This document shows positions 26,059-35,001 of a DNA stretch of 64,000 bases, in pieces; positions within the stretch are counted from its first letter, which is position 1, and each line of letters begins with the position of its first letter. The stretch is from contig CBDFKD010000002.1 of the NCBI GenBank assembly GCA_965248695.1, positions 3,136,001-3,200,000 of the forward strand, given 5' to 3'. The notes below the pieces were generated by a model. The model saw only the letters and a program-made list of their open reading frames with translations. It ran no database searches and was not told the origin of the DNA. The DNA comes from Acidobacteriota bacterium. GTDB taxonomy: Bacteria > Acidobacteriota > UBA890 > WLXD01. Made by a program: the position numbers and the translations under genes.

Positions 26059-27254
26059 AGAAGGCACTCGTTGTGGGGGGTGTGGCGATCGTCCTGCTGA
26101 CGGCGTTCTCCTGGCAGGCCAATGGCCAGCTGGCTCCCGTCCCCGTGGGCCAGCCGCTCGCCGGCATCACGCCCGACGAGTTCGAGCGTTTCCGCCTCGG
26201 CCTGGAGGATTTTCTCGAGGTAGAGAACGCCGAGGAGGGCCTCGGGCCCGCCTACAACGGCACCAGCTGCGGCGTCTGCCACAGCATCCCCGCGGTCGGC
26301 GGCAGTGGGCTCACCACCGAGCTGCGCTTCGGTACCCTCAACGCCGCGGGAGACTTCCAGCCGCCCCTGCTACCGGATGGCACTCCCGGTGACACGCTGT
26401 TCCAGGTGTTCTCTACCCCGGACCACGCCTGCCAGCCCGTTCCCCCGACAGACGTCAACGTGGCGGCGCGGCGCATTCCGATTCCGTTGTTCGGTGCCGG
26501 CCTGGTGAATGCGATTACCGACGCCGATATCGCCGCGGGGGCCGATCCGGACGACCTCGACCTCGACGGCATCAGCGGACGGGCGGCGCTGGTACAGGAC
26601 GTCGAGACGGGTCAGATGCGTATCGGACGCTTCGGGTGGAAAGCGCAGATCGCGACCCTGCGAACGTTCGCCGGCGATGCCTACCGCAACGAGATGGGCA
26701 TCACCAACGAGATCTTCCCACTGGAGCTCGCCTTCGGGATTCCGGCCGAGAAGATGATTCTCTGCGACCCCTTCCCTGATCCGGAGGACGTCCCCGATCC
26801 GGTGACCGGCTTGAGCGGCGTCGACAACTTCGCCGCCTTCATGCAGTTCCTCGCACCGCCGCCACGCGCCGCAGCAACCGGTGCATCACAGCAGGGGGAA
26901 GACGTTTTCGCATCGATCGGATGTTCCGGCTGCCATGTGCCAACGCTGCGCACCGGCCCGTCCGACAACCGTCTGTTCGACCGGCAGCCGGTGCCGCTGT
27001 TCTCGGATCTGTTGCTGCACGATATCGGCACCGGCGACGGCATCGGCCAGGCTGACGCGGGACCAAACGAGATTCGCACCCCGGCGCTCTGGGGGCTGAG
27101 ATTTCGCCGCATCCTGCTGCACGACGGCTCTGCCGGATCGATCGGCGCCGCCATCCAACGGCATGGGGTAGAGGCCGTCGCCGCCCGCAAGGCGTTTCGG
27201 CGACTGGACAGAAGCAGCCGACAGGCGTTGCTGGAGTTCCTGCGATCCCTCTAG
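26055..27254 (+). CDS. Di-heme oxidoreductase family (DHOR/DUF1111) protein
   Basis: GLGPAYN, CGVCH, GRFGWKA, EMGITN, CSGCH, SDLLLHD, RTPALWG, HDG. Confidence 0.9.
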   Translation: MKKALVVGGVAIVLLTAFSWQANGQLAPVPVGQPLAGITPDEFERFRLGLEDFLEVENAEEGLGPAYNGTSCGVCHSIPAVGGSGLTTELRFGTLNAAGDFQPPLLPDGTPGDTLFQVFSTPDHACQPVPPTDVNVAARRIPIPLFGAGLVNAITDADIAAGADPDDLDLDGISGRAALVQDVETGQMRIGRFGWKAQIATLRTFAGDAYRNEMGITNEIFPLELAFGIPAEKMILCDPFPDPEDVPDPVTGLSGVDNFAAFMQFLAPPPRAAATGASQQGEDVFASIGCSGCHVPTLRTGPSDNRLFDRQPVPLFSDLLLHDIGTGDGIGQADAGPNEIRTPALWGLRFRRILLHDGSAGSIGAAIQRHGVEAVAARKAFRRLDRSSRQALLEFLRSL

Positions 27255-27401
27255 TCGCAGTCTCGGCGTTGGCCGAGATCGCCCCGGGCACCTGCCATCG
27301 GCGCCGCTCACGCCTGATAGATTCGCTCTCTCGTGATGCGGTCGGTCACGAGCCGCCCGTTGTCCGCGCCCTGTTGATCCACCGCTCACAGGAACGACCC
27401 C

Positions 27402-28436
27402 GTGATCCGCACCCACGCCCTCTCGAAGATCTACAACGTGCCGATCAAGGAGCCGGGGCTGTGGAACTCGGTGCGCTCACTGTTCAATCGCGAGTACCGA
27501 GATGTACGCGCCGTCGACGAGATCGAGCTGGAGATCCAGCCCGGCGAGCGGGTCGGCTTCCTGGGGCCCAATGGCGCCGGCAAGACAACGACGCTGAAGA
27601 TGCTCACGGGCCTGCTGTACCCCACCTCGGGTAGCTGCGAGGTAGCGGGTTACACACCCTCGGACCGGCATCCGGATTTCCTCAAGTCGGTAACCCTGGT
27701 GATGGGACAGAAGCAGCAGCTGCTGTGGGATCTGGCCCCGACCGAGACGTTCGCGCTGAACCGCGCGCTGTTCGATGTACCGCACGCGGAGTTTCAAGAG
27801 ATCCGCGACGAGCTCGTGGAGCTGCTCGATCTCGCAGAGTTCATGGACCAGCCGGCGCGCAACCTCTCGCTCGGGCAGCGCATGCGCTGTGAGCTGGCGG
27901 CGTCGCTGCTGCATCGGCCCGCGGTGCTGTTCCTCGACGAGCCGACGATCGGGCTCGACGTGCAGGTACAGCGAACCGTGCGTAGGTTCGTGAAGGCCTA
28001 TCAGCAACGATACGGAGCGACGGTCATGCTCACGAGCCATGACATGGCGGACGTCGGGGCCATCGCTGAGCGCATCGTCCTCATCGATCAGGGGGTGATC
28101 CGATTCGACGGCCGCCTGGAGGCGTTCCAGCAGACCTTCGGTGGTGGGCGACGCGTGGTGACACGCAGCTCCGACGGCCTCCAAGACCTCGGTTTCATCG
28201 CCGACGAACCCGGGCGTTGGGTGGCCACCGTCCGACCCGAAGAGGTCAACAGCCTGCTCGGGGAGGTGCTGCGGCGGCATCCCGATGCCGACGTTACGAT
28301 CGAGGATCCGCCGCTGGAGGAGGTGCTAGCCACCGCTTTCGCTCGTGAGAGCGGTTCGGACGAGTCAGCGGTGACTCCATCACCCGCACCCGAAGTGTCG
28401 CAGTCAGAGTCCACGGGCGCTCTGGAGGAGCCGTGA
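27402..28436 (+). CDS. ABC transporter ATP-binding protein
   Basis: GPNGAGKTT, LSLGQ, FLDEPT, SH switch. Confidence 0.95.
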   Translation: MIRTHALSKIYNVPIKEPGLWNSVRSLFNREYRDVRAVDEIELEIQPGERVGFLGPNGAGKTTTLKMLTGLLYPTSGSCEVAGYTPSDRHPDFLKSVTLVMGQKQQLLWDLAPTETFALNRALFDVPHAEFQEIRDELVELLDLAEFMDQPARNLSLGQRMRCELAASLLHRPAVLFLDEPTIGLDVQVQRTVRRFVKAYQQRYGATVMLTSHDMADVGAIAERIVLIDQGVIRFDGRLEAFQQTFGGGRRVVTRSSDGLQDLGFIADEPGRWVATVRPEEVNSLLGEVLRRHPDADVTIEDPPLEEVLATAFARESGSDESAVTPSPAPEVSQSESTGALEEP

Positions 28437-29236
28437 GCATCGTCCGCGTGAGCCGCGCGATGCCGGCAATGTTTCGCATTGGCTTCGCGGAGCTGGTCGC
28501 CTATCGAGCCGAGATGGTGATCTGGATCCTCACGGCGACCATGCCGCTGATCATGCTGGCGCTGTGGAACTCGGTCGTCGCGGAGGCGCCGGTCGCCGGT
28601 TATGGCCCGACCGAGATCACGCGCTACTTCGCAGCAACATTGGTGGTGCGACAGCTGACATCGGGCTGGGTGCTGTGGCACCTGAACTGGATGATCCGCA
28701 CCGGCGGCCTGTCAACGAAGCTACTACGCCCCATCAATCCGCTGGTCTACGAAGCCGTGACCATGATCACGGCGATGCCGGTGCGACTGGTTGTCGTCGC
28801 CCCGATGATTGTGGGGCTGGTCCTATGGCGTCCGGAGCTGCTCGCCTGGCCGGGGTTGGAGGCACTGGCGCTGTTCGCGCTCAGCGTGCTGCTGGCGTGG
28901 CTCATGACGTTCCAGGTGCAGGCGCTGTTCGGCATGCTGGCGTTCTGGACCGATCAGAGCGAGGGCATGTTCGGCGTCTGGTTCGTGATGTGGATGCTGT
29001 TGTCAGGCTACCTGGCGCCGCTCGACATGTTCCCCGAACCGATGCAGGCGATTTTCGACTGGCTACCGTTCCGCGGCATGATCGCGGTTCCGGTCGAGCT
29101 GCTCGGTGGCTTCCTGGCGCCCCGGGAGGCGCTCTTCGACATCGGCGTGCAGGTGATGTGGGTGACGGTGCTGGGCGCAGCTTCAGCAGCCACCTGGCGT
29201 CGCGGCATCCGCCGCTATGGAGCGTTCGGTGCCTGA
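28433..29236 (+). CDS. ABC-2 family permease
   Basis: YRAE, IRTGGLS..LLRP, six TM helices. Confidence 0.9.
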   Translation: MSIVRVSRAMPAMFRIGFAELVAYRAEMVIWILTATMPLIMLALWNSVVAEAPVAGYGPTEITRYFAATLVVRQLTSGWVLWHLNWMIRTGGLSTKLLRPINPLVYEAVTMITAMPVRLVVVAPMIVGLVLWRPELLAWPGLEALALFALSVLLAWLMTFQVQALFGMLAFWTDQSEGMFGVWFVMWMLLSGYLAPLDMFPEPMQAIFDWLPFRGMIAVPVELLGGFLAPREALFDIGVQVMWVTVLGAASAATWRRGIRRYGAFGA

Positions 29237-30023
29237 GCTACTACGCCAGCTCCGCGCGGTCAGGGCGCTGCTGCGTGTGTCGCTGGCGACGGTGATGCAG
29301 TACCGCAGCAACTTCCTGCTCGAGATGGCGACCGGCGTGCTGCGCTCCGTCGGCAGCGTCGCCCCGCTGGCACTGGTGTTTTGGCACCGCGACAGCATCG
29401 GCGGGTGGGAGCTGCCGCACGCTCTGCTGGTGATAGCGTTTTTCATGGTGATGAGCGGCATCCAGTCGGGCATCTTCGAGCCCAACCTGGGCGAGGCGGT
29501 CGAGTCGATCCGCACCGGCACCCTCGACTTGATGCTCATGAAACCGGTCGACGCGCAGCTGCTGGTGAGCCTGCGAAAGTTCCACGCCGCGGCGGTGTGG
29601 GACCTGGTCGCGGGCGTGGTGGTCGCGGTCGTCGCCAGCGCCTCGCTACCGACGGCGGGGATCGCGGACCTGGCGTTGGCCGTAGCCCTGTTCGGCACCG
29701 GCGTGGTGGCGATGTATGGACTCTGGCTGCTGGCGATCTGCGTCAGCTTCTTCTTCGTGCGCGTCGACAACCTGCGCTTTCTGTTGTGGGCAGTCACCGA
29801 TGCCGGCCGCTGGCCGATCGACGTGTTCACCGGAATGGCGCGCTTCCTGCTGGTCGCGCTGGTGCCGGTAGCATTAATCACCAGCTTCCCTGCCGACGCC
29901 GTGCGTGGCACCTGGTCGCTGCAGACTCTGGCGGTCGCCGGCACCGTGTCGCTGGCGTTCCTGGTGGGCTCGCGCTGGGCATGGAAACGAAGCCTGGCGA
30001 ACTACACCTCGGCCAGCTCGTAG
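29229..30023 (+). CDS. ABC-2 family permease
   Basis: QYRSNF, IRTGTLD..LMKP, terminal YTSASS. Confidence 0.9.
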   Translation: MPELLRQLRAVRALLRVSLATVMQYRSNFLLEMATGVLRSVGSVAPLALVFWHRDSIGGWELPHALLVIAFFMVMSGIQSGIFEPNLGEAVESIRTGTLDLMLMKPVDAQLLVSLRKFHAAAVWDLVAGVVVAVVASASLPTAGIADLALAVALFGTGVVAMYGLWLLAICVSFFFVRVDNLRFLLWAVTDAGRWPIDVFTGMARFLLVALVPVALITSFPADAVRGTWSLQTLAVAGTVSLAFLVGSRWAWKRSLANYTSASS

Positions 30024-30060
30024 CGGTGCAGATTCGCCCTGGCCAGCGTAGCGGCCTGAC

Positions 30061-30243
30061 CTAACCGGCGCGCTCTTGCTATCGAGGGCAGTACGCTCGT
30101 TTCGCTACGGCGTCAGCCCGGCGGACCCGATGTCGTTCGTTGTCGTCGTCGCCCTGCTGGCCGCGATCACGGCGCTCGCCGCCTGGTTGCCGGCACGGCG
30201 CGCCGCACGCATCGACCCCGTTCGAGCGCTCGGCAAAGACTAG
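30061..30243 (+). pseudogene. Orphan C-terminal fragment of a FtsX/ADOP-type permease
   Basis: Translates to LTGALLLSRAVRSFRYGVSPADPMSF...AAWLPARRAARIDPVRALGKD*; N-terminal part absent. Confidence 0.75.
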
Positions 30244-30282
30244 CGGTCCCTTCAGGAGGGTACCGGCGGCGAAAACCGCACC

Positions 30283-30930
30283 CTACTGGGCGTCGTCGAA
30301 GTCGACATTCCAGTGGGTACCGTCACAGAACGGCTTGTTCTTCGACCCCCCGCATCTGCAGAGCGTGAAGGGCCCGTCGAGAGCACCCTCGGCCCGCGGC
30401 ACATCGACGAGCTCGCAGTCTCCGGTGAGCACGTAGGGACCACCGCCAACGACAGCGATGCGCGGCTCGTCCTGCGCGCCGCGTTGCTCAACGCCATCGA
30501 TTGAATAGCTCAGGGCACCGGACGGACACTGCCCCACCGTGGCGATCACCTCGTCCGCTGTGGCCCCATCGGCATCGATCCAGGGCTCCTGCCGAAGCCG
30601 GAACACGGACGGGAGGCCGTCGGTACAACGGCCGGCATGGGCGCAGATGCTGCGGTTGTCGTGCACCGTGATCTCCGCGCCGACATACGTGTCTCGCCTG
30701 TTCTTGGCGGCATCGGCGGTGTTGTCGCCCGAGAACCCGTTGCGTGAGTGCGTTCCGTCGCAGAACGGTTTGCTGTTCGAGCCGCCGCACCGACACAGCG
30801 CAATCGTGCCGCTCGTTTCAAGCTCGCCCGAGGCAGTGGCGACATGCTCGAAATTTTTGGCGAGATACGGGCCGTCTTCCTTGACGCTGATCGTCGGCTT
30901 GTTGTCTGTCACCGATTCCTCCGTGGTCAT
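30283..30930 (-). CDS. CDGSH iron-sulfur protein with central YjdI/Fer4_19 domain
   Basis: Two LCRCGGS..KPFCDGTH motifs flank CAHAGRC...CPSGAL. Confidence 0.92.
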   Translation of the reverse strand: MTTEESVTDNKPTISVKEDGPYLAKNFEHVATASGELETSGTIALCRCGGSNSKPFCDGTHSRNGFSGDNTADAAKNRRDTYVGAEITVHDNRSICAHAGRCTDGLPSVFRLRQEPWIDADGATADEVIATVGQCPSGALSYSIDGVEQRGAQDEPRIAVVGGGPYVLTGDCELVDVPRAEGALDGPFTLCRCGGSKNKPFCDGTHWNVDFDDAQ

Positions 30931-30940
30931 CGCGTGTCGG

Positions 30941-31282
30941 TCAGGGCGCGAACATCTGCGCTAGCACACGTAGCGAGCTGTCCAGCGCCTTGGTGGAGAG
31001 CGTACCGAGTCGTTTGATCAGGCGGCGGCTATCTACCGTACGGATCTGATCGATTACGACGTGCCCGGATCGCGACTGAAAACGGCACGGCACCCGGAAC
31101 GGGTAGCTGTGACTGCTTGTCGTCAGGGGAGCGACGATGTGGGTGCGGAGGTGCGCGTTCAACTCGTCTGGTGAAACCACCACACACGGTCGGGTCTTGC
31201 GAATCTCGTCGCCGCGCGTCGGGTCGAGGTCGATCAGATAAACGTCACCGCGCCGAACCTTGGCGGCGCCTACCAATGCCAT
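30941..31282 (-). CDS. Type II toxin, MazF/PemK family
   Basis: RGDVY..DLDPTRGDEIRKTRPCVVVS, DQIRTVD. Confidence 0.93.
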   Translation of the reverse strand: MALVGAAKVRRGDVYLIDLDPTRGDEIRKTRPCVVVSPDELNAHLRTHIVAPLTTSSHSYPFRVPCRFQSRSGHVVIDQIRTVDSRRLIKRLGTLSTKALDSSLRVLAQMFAP

Positions 31283-31518
31283 TCGCCGCGGTCGAAGTCC
31301 GTCGGCTGCGCTTCATCGAATTCGGAATCCCGCCCTACGGTTGCCAGCGCTGCAGCGGCGTCAGACCAGCCGTTGCGAGCCGTCGCTGGGCGGGCGATCA
31401 CAATCTCCCCCTCGCGCACGACGAGCTCAACTTCCTCGTCGAGGCCAGCCTGCTCGATGAGCAGCTTCGGCAACCGCACACCGCGGGAATTGCCAATCCG
31501 TACGAGTCTGCTTTTCAC
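31270..31518 (-). CDS. Antitoxin, AbrB/MazE family
   Basis: RIGNSRGVRLPK; overlaps toxin start. Confidence 0.93.
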   Translation of the reverse strand: MKSRLVRIGNSRGVRLPKLLIEQAGLDEEVELVVREGEIVIARPATARNGWSDAAAALATVGRDSEFDEAQPTDFDRGEWHW

Positions 31519-31536
31519 TTCAATCTCCGCGTCAAC

Positions 31537-31557
31537 GTAATTACATAGTAATTACAT
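31537..31557. promoter_or_regulatory. TA operator: two GTAATTAC palindromes
   Basis: GTAATTAC at 31537-31544 and 31548-31555, about 20 nt upstream of the antitoxin start. Confidence 0.7.
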
Positions 31558-31670
31558 CTGTCGCGAGCATCAAGCTGCAACGGAAGCAGCGGCCGTCCGA
31601 AGACTCTCCTGTTCCCGACGGCCACGGCGCGGTAACCTGCCCGACCTTCGGCCGGACCCAGGAGACGTCG

Positions 31671-34600
31671 ATGCGCGTGCTGTCTTTCGCTCTGCTGTTG
31701 ATGTTGCTGACCCTCCAGGCTTTGACGCCATCGTTCGGTCATGCGATCGCCCCGCAAGAAAGCTCAGACACCGACCTCGAAGAACTGTTCGGCGACCTCG
31801 CCTGGCGCTCCATTGGCCCCGCCTTCATGGGTGGACGCACCGTCGACCTGGCCGGCGTGCCCGGACGGCCGAACATGCTCTACATGGCCACTGCCTCCGG
31901 CGGCCTGTGGCGCACCGAGGATCGGGGCACCACGTGGGAGTCGATCTTCGACGACGGCGGGACGCTGTCACTCGGCGCGGTTGCCATTGCCCCATCGGAC
32001 CCGAACGTCGTCTACATCGGCACCGGCGAGCACAACCCGCGCAACTCGACCTCGTTCGGAGATGGCGTCTATCGGTCCGACGACGGCGGCGACACGTGGC
32101 GTCATCTCGGCCTGGCGGCTACCGAGCGCGTCGCCCGCATCCGCGTGCATCCGACCGATCCTGACCACGTATACGTGGGCGCGATGGGGCACGCCTGGGG
32201 AACGAACGAGGAGCGCGGCGTGTACCGCAGCCGCGACGGCGGCGACACCTGGGACAAGGTGCTCTACGTCGACTACACCACCGGGGTGTCGGACCTGGCG
32301 ATGGACGCCGCCAACCCGCGCATCCTGTACGCCGGCATGTGGGACTTCCAGCGTCGGCCGTGGCACTTCCGTTCCGGCGGCCCAGGCAGCGGGCTGTACA
32401 TGAGCCGCGACGGTGGCGACAGCTGGACCAACCTCACCGGTGGGGAGCTCGACAACGGTCTGCCGACGGGCGTTCTCGGCCGTATCGGCGTAGGCGTTGC
32501 GGTCTCGGACCACGACGTCGTCTACGCCATGATCGAGTCGAAGGATGGAGCATTGTGGCGTAGCGCTGACGGTGGCGATACCTGGACGCACGTGAGCGCC
32601 GATCGCGCCATCGCCTCGCGACCCTTCTACTACAACGACTTCCGCATCGATCCGTCGGACGAGAATCGCATCTACATGGTCGGCGGGCGTCTGAACCTGT
32701 CGACCGATGGCGGCCGTACCTGGGAACGGATCGCCAGGACGCATCACGGCGATCATCAGTCGTTCTGGATCAACCCCGAAGACCCGATGATGGTGGTCGA
32801 CGGTAACGACGGCGGCATCGCCTATTCCTACAACGGCGGCGAGACCTGGGAGCTTGTCAACAACCTGCCGCTGCAGCAGGTGTATCAGCTCGGCGCCGAC
32901 ATGCGGGATCCCTACTTCGTGTGCGCCGGCTTCCAGGACAACGACGCCTGGTGCGGCCCCAGCAACACGATGACCACTACCGGCATCCTGGAGGCCGACT
33001 GGTATCACGTGCAATACGGCGACGGCACCTACATTCAACCCGACCCGAGCGACCACAACATCGTCTACGCCGGCTCGCAGGGCGGCAGCATTCTGCGCAT
33101 CGACCTGCGCACCAACGAGAACCGCTCCATCCGGCCCTATCCGTTCTCCGGCGGAGCGGTTGGCGAGCACCCCTACCGGTTCAACTGGAACTCGCCGATC
33201 CACATCTCGCCGCACGACCCCAAGACGGTCTATCTGGGCGGCAACGTGGTGTTCAGAACCCGCGACGGCGGTGAGTCGTGGGAGGAGATCAGCCCGGATC
33301 TGACCACCAACGACGAGGAGAAACAGGCTCCTTCGGGCGGCCCCATCACCCCCGACAACACCACCGCCGAGTACCACACGACCATCTATACGATCGCCGA
33401 GTCACCGGTTCAGCCCGGGGTGATCTGGGCTGGCACCGACGACGGCTACGTGCAGATCACGCGCGACGACGGCGCCACCTGGACCAACGTGATCGGCAAT
33501 ATCCCCGTGCCGACCGAGTCATGGGTGTCGCGTATCGAGGCGTCCCGGCGTGACGCGGGCACCGCCTACGTCGCCTTCGACCGCCACCGCCTGGACGATT
33601 TCGCGCCCTACTTGTTCATGACCACCGACTTCGGCGACACGTGGTCCGACATCGGCGCCGGCCTGCCCGATCCCGGCCACCTGCACGTCGTGCGCGAGGA
33701 TCCTCGCAACCCTGACCTGCTATTCGTCGGTACCGAGCTCGGTATCTTCGCCTCGTGGGGCGCGCAGCCAGGAGGCGACGCGCGCGCGTGGACCTCGCTC
33801 CGCCTCGGTCTACCGCCCGTAGCGGTGCGCGACATCCTGATTCACCCGCGCGACAACGACCTGATCATCGGCACACACGGGCGCTCGATCCTCATCCTCG
33901 ACGACATCACGCCGCTGCAGCAGCTGCCCACCGCCACCTCCAACGACGACTCCGTCCACCTGTTCGACATTCGCACCGCGACACGCTTTCAGCCGTACAC
34001 CCGCGAGCTACGCGTCGACCTGGGCGACAAGGTCTTCGTCGGCGCCAACCCGCCCTACGGCGCCCTGATCTCGTACTTCGTCCCCCCCGAGCTGGCCTCT
34101 GACGAGCCCGTCAAGGAAGACGCCGAGGAGGACGCCGAGCCGGCGATCACCATAGAGATCCAGGCCGCCGATGGCGAGGTCGTCCGTACGCTCGAAGCAC
34201 CGGCCAACGCCGGCATCAACCGCGTGGCCTGGAACCTACGCCAGCAATCCGATGAGGAGCAGTCAGCCGCGGCGACCTTCCCGGGATCCGGGCCCACGGC
34301 GCCGCTGGTCATCCCGGGCAACTACCAGGTGGCTCTGCAGACGGCGGGAAACGAATCGACCACCGCGCTCGAGGTGCGCCTGGACCCGCGCATCGACGTT
34401 TCAGTGCAAGACCTCCATACCCAACGTGACGCACTTCTGCGACTGGCCGATTTGCGCACCAGATCACAGAAAGGAATCGAGCTCATCGACCGACTAGTGG
34501 AGCAACTGCAGGCGCTCAGCGATCGGATCGGCGATGCCGAGGCAACGGAACCGCTTGCCAGCGCTGCGGACGATATCTCGACGCGGCTCGACGCGATCAG

Positions 34601-34877
34601 GTCGCGGATCACGAGCCAGCCGCGCGCCAGCGCTGCCAGCGGGCCGACGGGTCCCTACATCTCGGGCCCGGAGATCCACGAGAAGCTGCGAACGCTGGCG
34701 TCGGCCGTCGGACGCGCCTCCACCGCGCCGACACGGGCTCAGGCGGACTGGCTCGAGCGACTGGATACCGACCTCGAGGCCGCCCTCGCCGACTTGGACG
34801 CGTTGGTCCAGGAACAACTCGCTGCCCTCAACCGCAGCATTATCGAGGCGAATATCCCGTTCATTCAGCAGCGCTGA
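31671..34877 (+). CDS. Exported BNR/Asp-box (VPS10/sortilin-like) glycosyl hydrolase-like protein
   Basis: WRSIGP..MGGR; many SxDGGxTW boxes; YRFNWNSP; THGRS; C-terminal coiled coil. Confidence 0.9.
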   Translation: MRVLSFALLLMLLTLQALTPSFGHAIAPQESSDTDLEELFGDLAWRSIGPAFMGGRTVDLAGVPGRPNMLYMATASGGLWRTEDRGTTWESIFDDGGTLSLGAVAIAPSDPNVVYIGTGEHNPRNSTSFGDGVYRSDDGGDTWRHLGLAATERVARIRVHPTDPDHVYVGAMGHAWGTNEERGVYRSRDGGDTWDKVLYVDYTTGVSDLAMDAANPRILYAGMWDFQRRPWHFRSGGPGSGLYMSRDGGDSWTNLTGGELDNGLPTGVLGRIGVGVAVSDHDVVYAMIESKDGALWRSADGGDTWTHVSADRAIASRPFYYNDFRIDPSDENRIYMVGGRLNLSTDGGRTWERIARTHHGDHQSFWINPEDPMMVVDGNDGGIAYSYNGGETWELVNNLPLQQVYQLGADMRDPYFVCAGFQDNDAWCGPSNTMTTTGILEADWYHVQYGDGTYIQPDPSDHNIVYAGSQGGSILRIDLRTNENRSIRPYPFSGGAVGEHPYRFNWNSPIHISPHDPKTVYLGGNVVFRTRDGGESWEEISPDLTTNDEEKQAPSGGPITPDNTTAEYHTTIYTIAESPVQPGVIWAGTDDGYVQITRDDGATWTNVIGNIPVPTESWVSRIEASRRDAGTAYVAFDRHRLDDFAPYLFMTTDFGDTWSDIGAGLPDPGHLHVVREDPRNPDLLFVGTELGIFASWGAQPGGDARAWTSLRLGLPPVAVRDILIHPRDNDLIIGTHGRSILILDDITPLQQLPTATSNDDSVHLFDIRTATRFQPYTRELRVDLGDKVFVGANPPYGALISYFVPPELASDEPVKEDAEEDAEPAITIEIQAADGEVVRTLEAPANAGINRVAWNLRQQSDEEQSAAATFPGSGPTAPLVIPGNYQVALQTAGNESTTALEVRLDPRIDVSVQDLHTQRDALLRLADLRTRSQKGIELIDRLVEQLQALSDRIGDAEATEPLASAADDISTRLDAIRSRITSQPRASAASGPTGPYISGPEIHEKLRTLASAVGRASTAPTRAQADWLERLDTDLEAALADLDALVQEQLAALNRSIIEANIPFIQQR

Positions 34878-34878
34878 G

Positions 34879-34944
34879 TTCCCGACCTGGTCTTGGGACG
34901 TCGACAACGACGGCGCACGTGACCTGCAGGTGAACAACTACGGG
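34879..34944 (+). pseudogene. Orphan FG-GAP repeat fragment
   Basis: Translates to FPTWSWDVDNDGARDLQVNNYG. Confidence 0.5.
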
Positions 34945-35001
34945 GTGCCCGACGGACACCGTGGTCCGCGCGTGGCTCCGGGTGCGCCGATCACTGACGA
35001 G

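Noticed and set aside
30283-30930. CDGSH-YjdI-CDGSH fusion as a novelty
   Set aside because: Known recurring domain architecture.
31968-33377. Long antisense and alternate-frame ORFs (also 4329-5372, 48051-49067, 52906-53961)
   Set aside because: Shadows of well-supported genes, expected in high-GC DNA.
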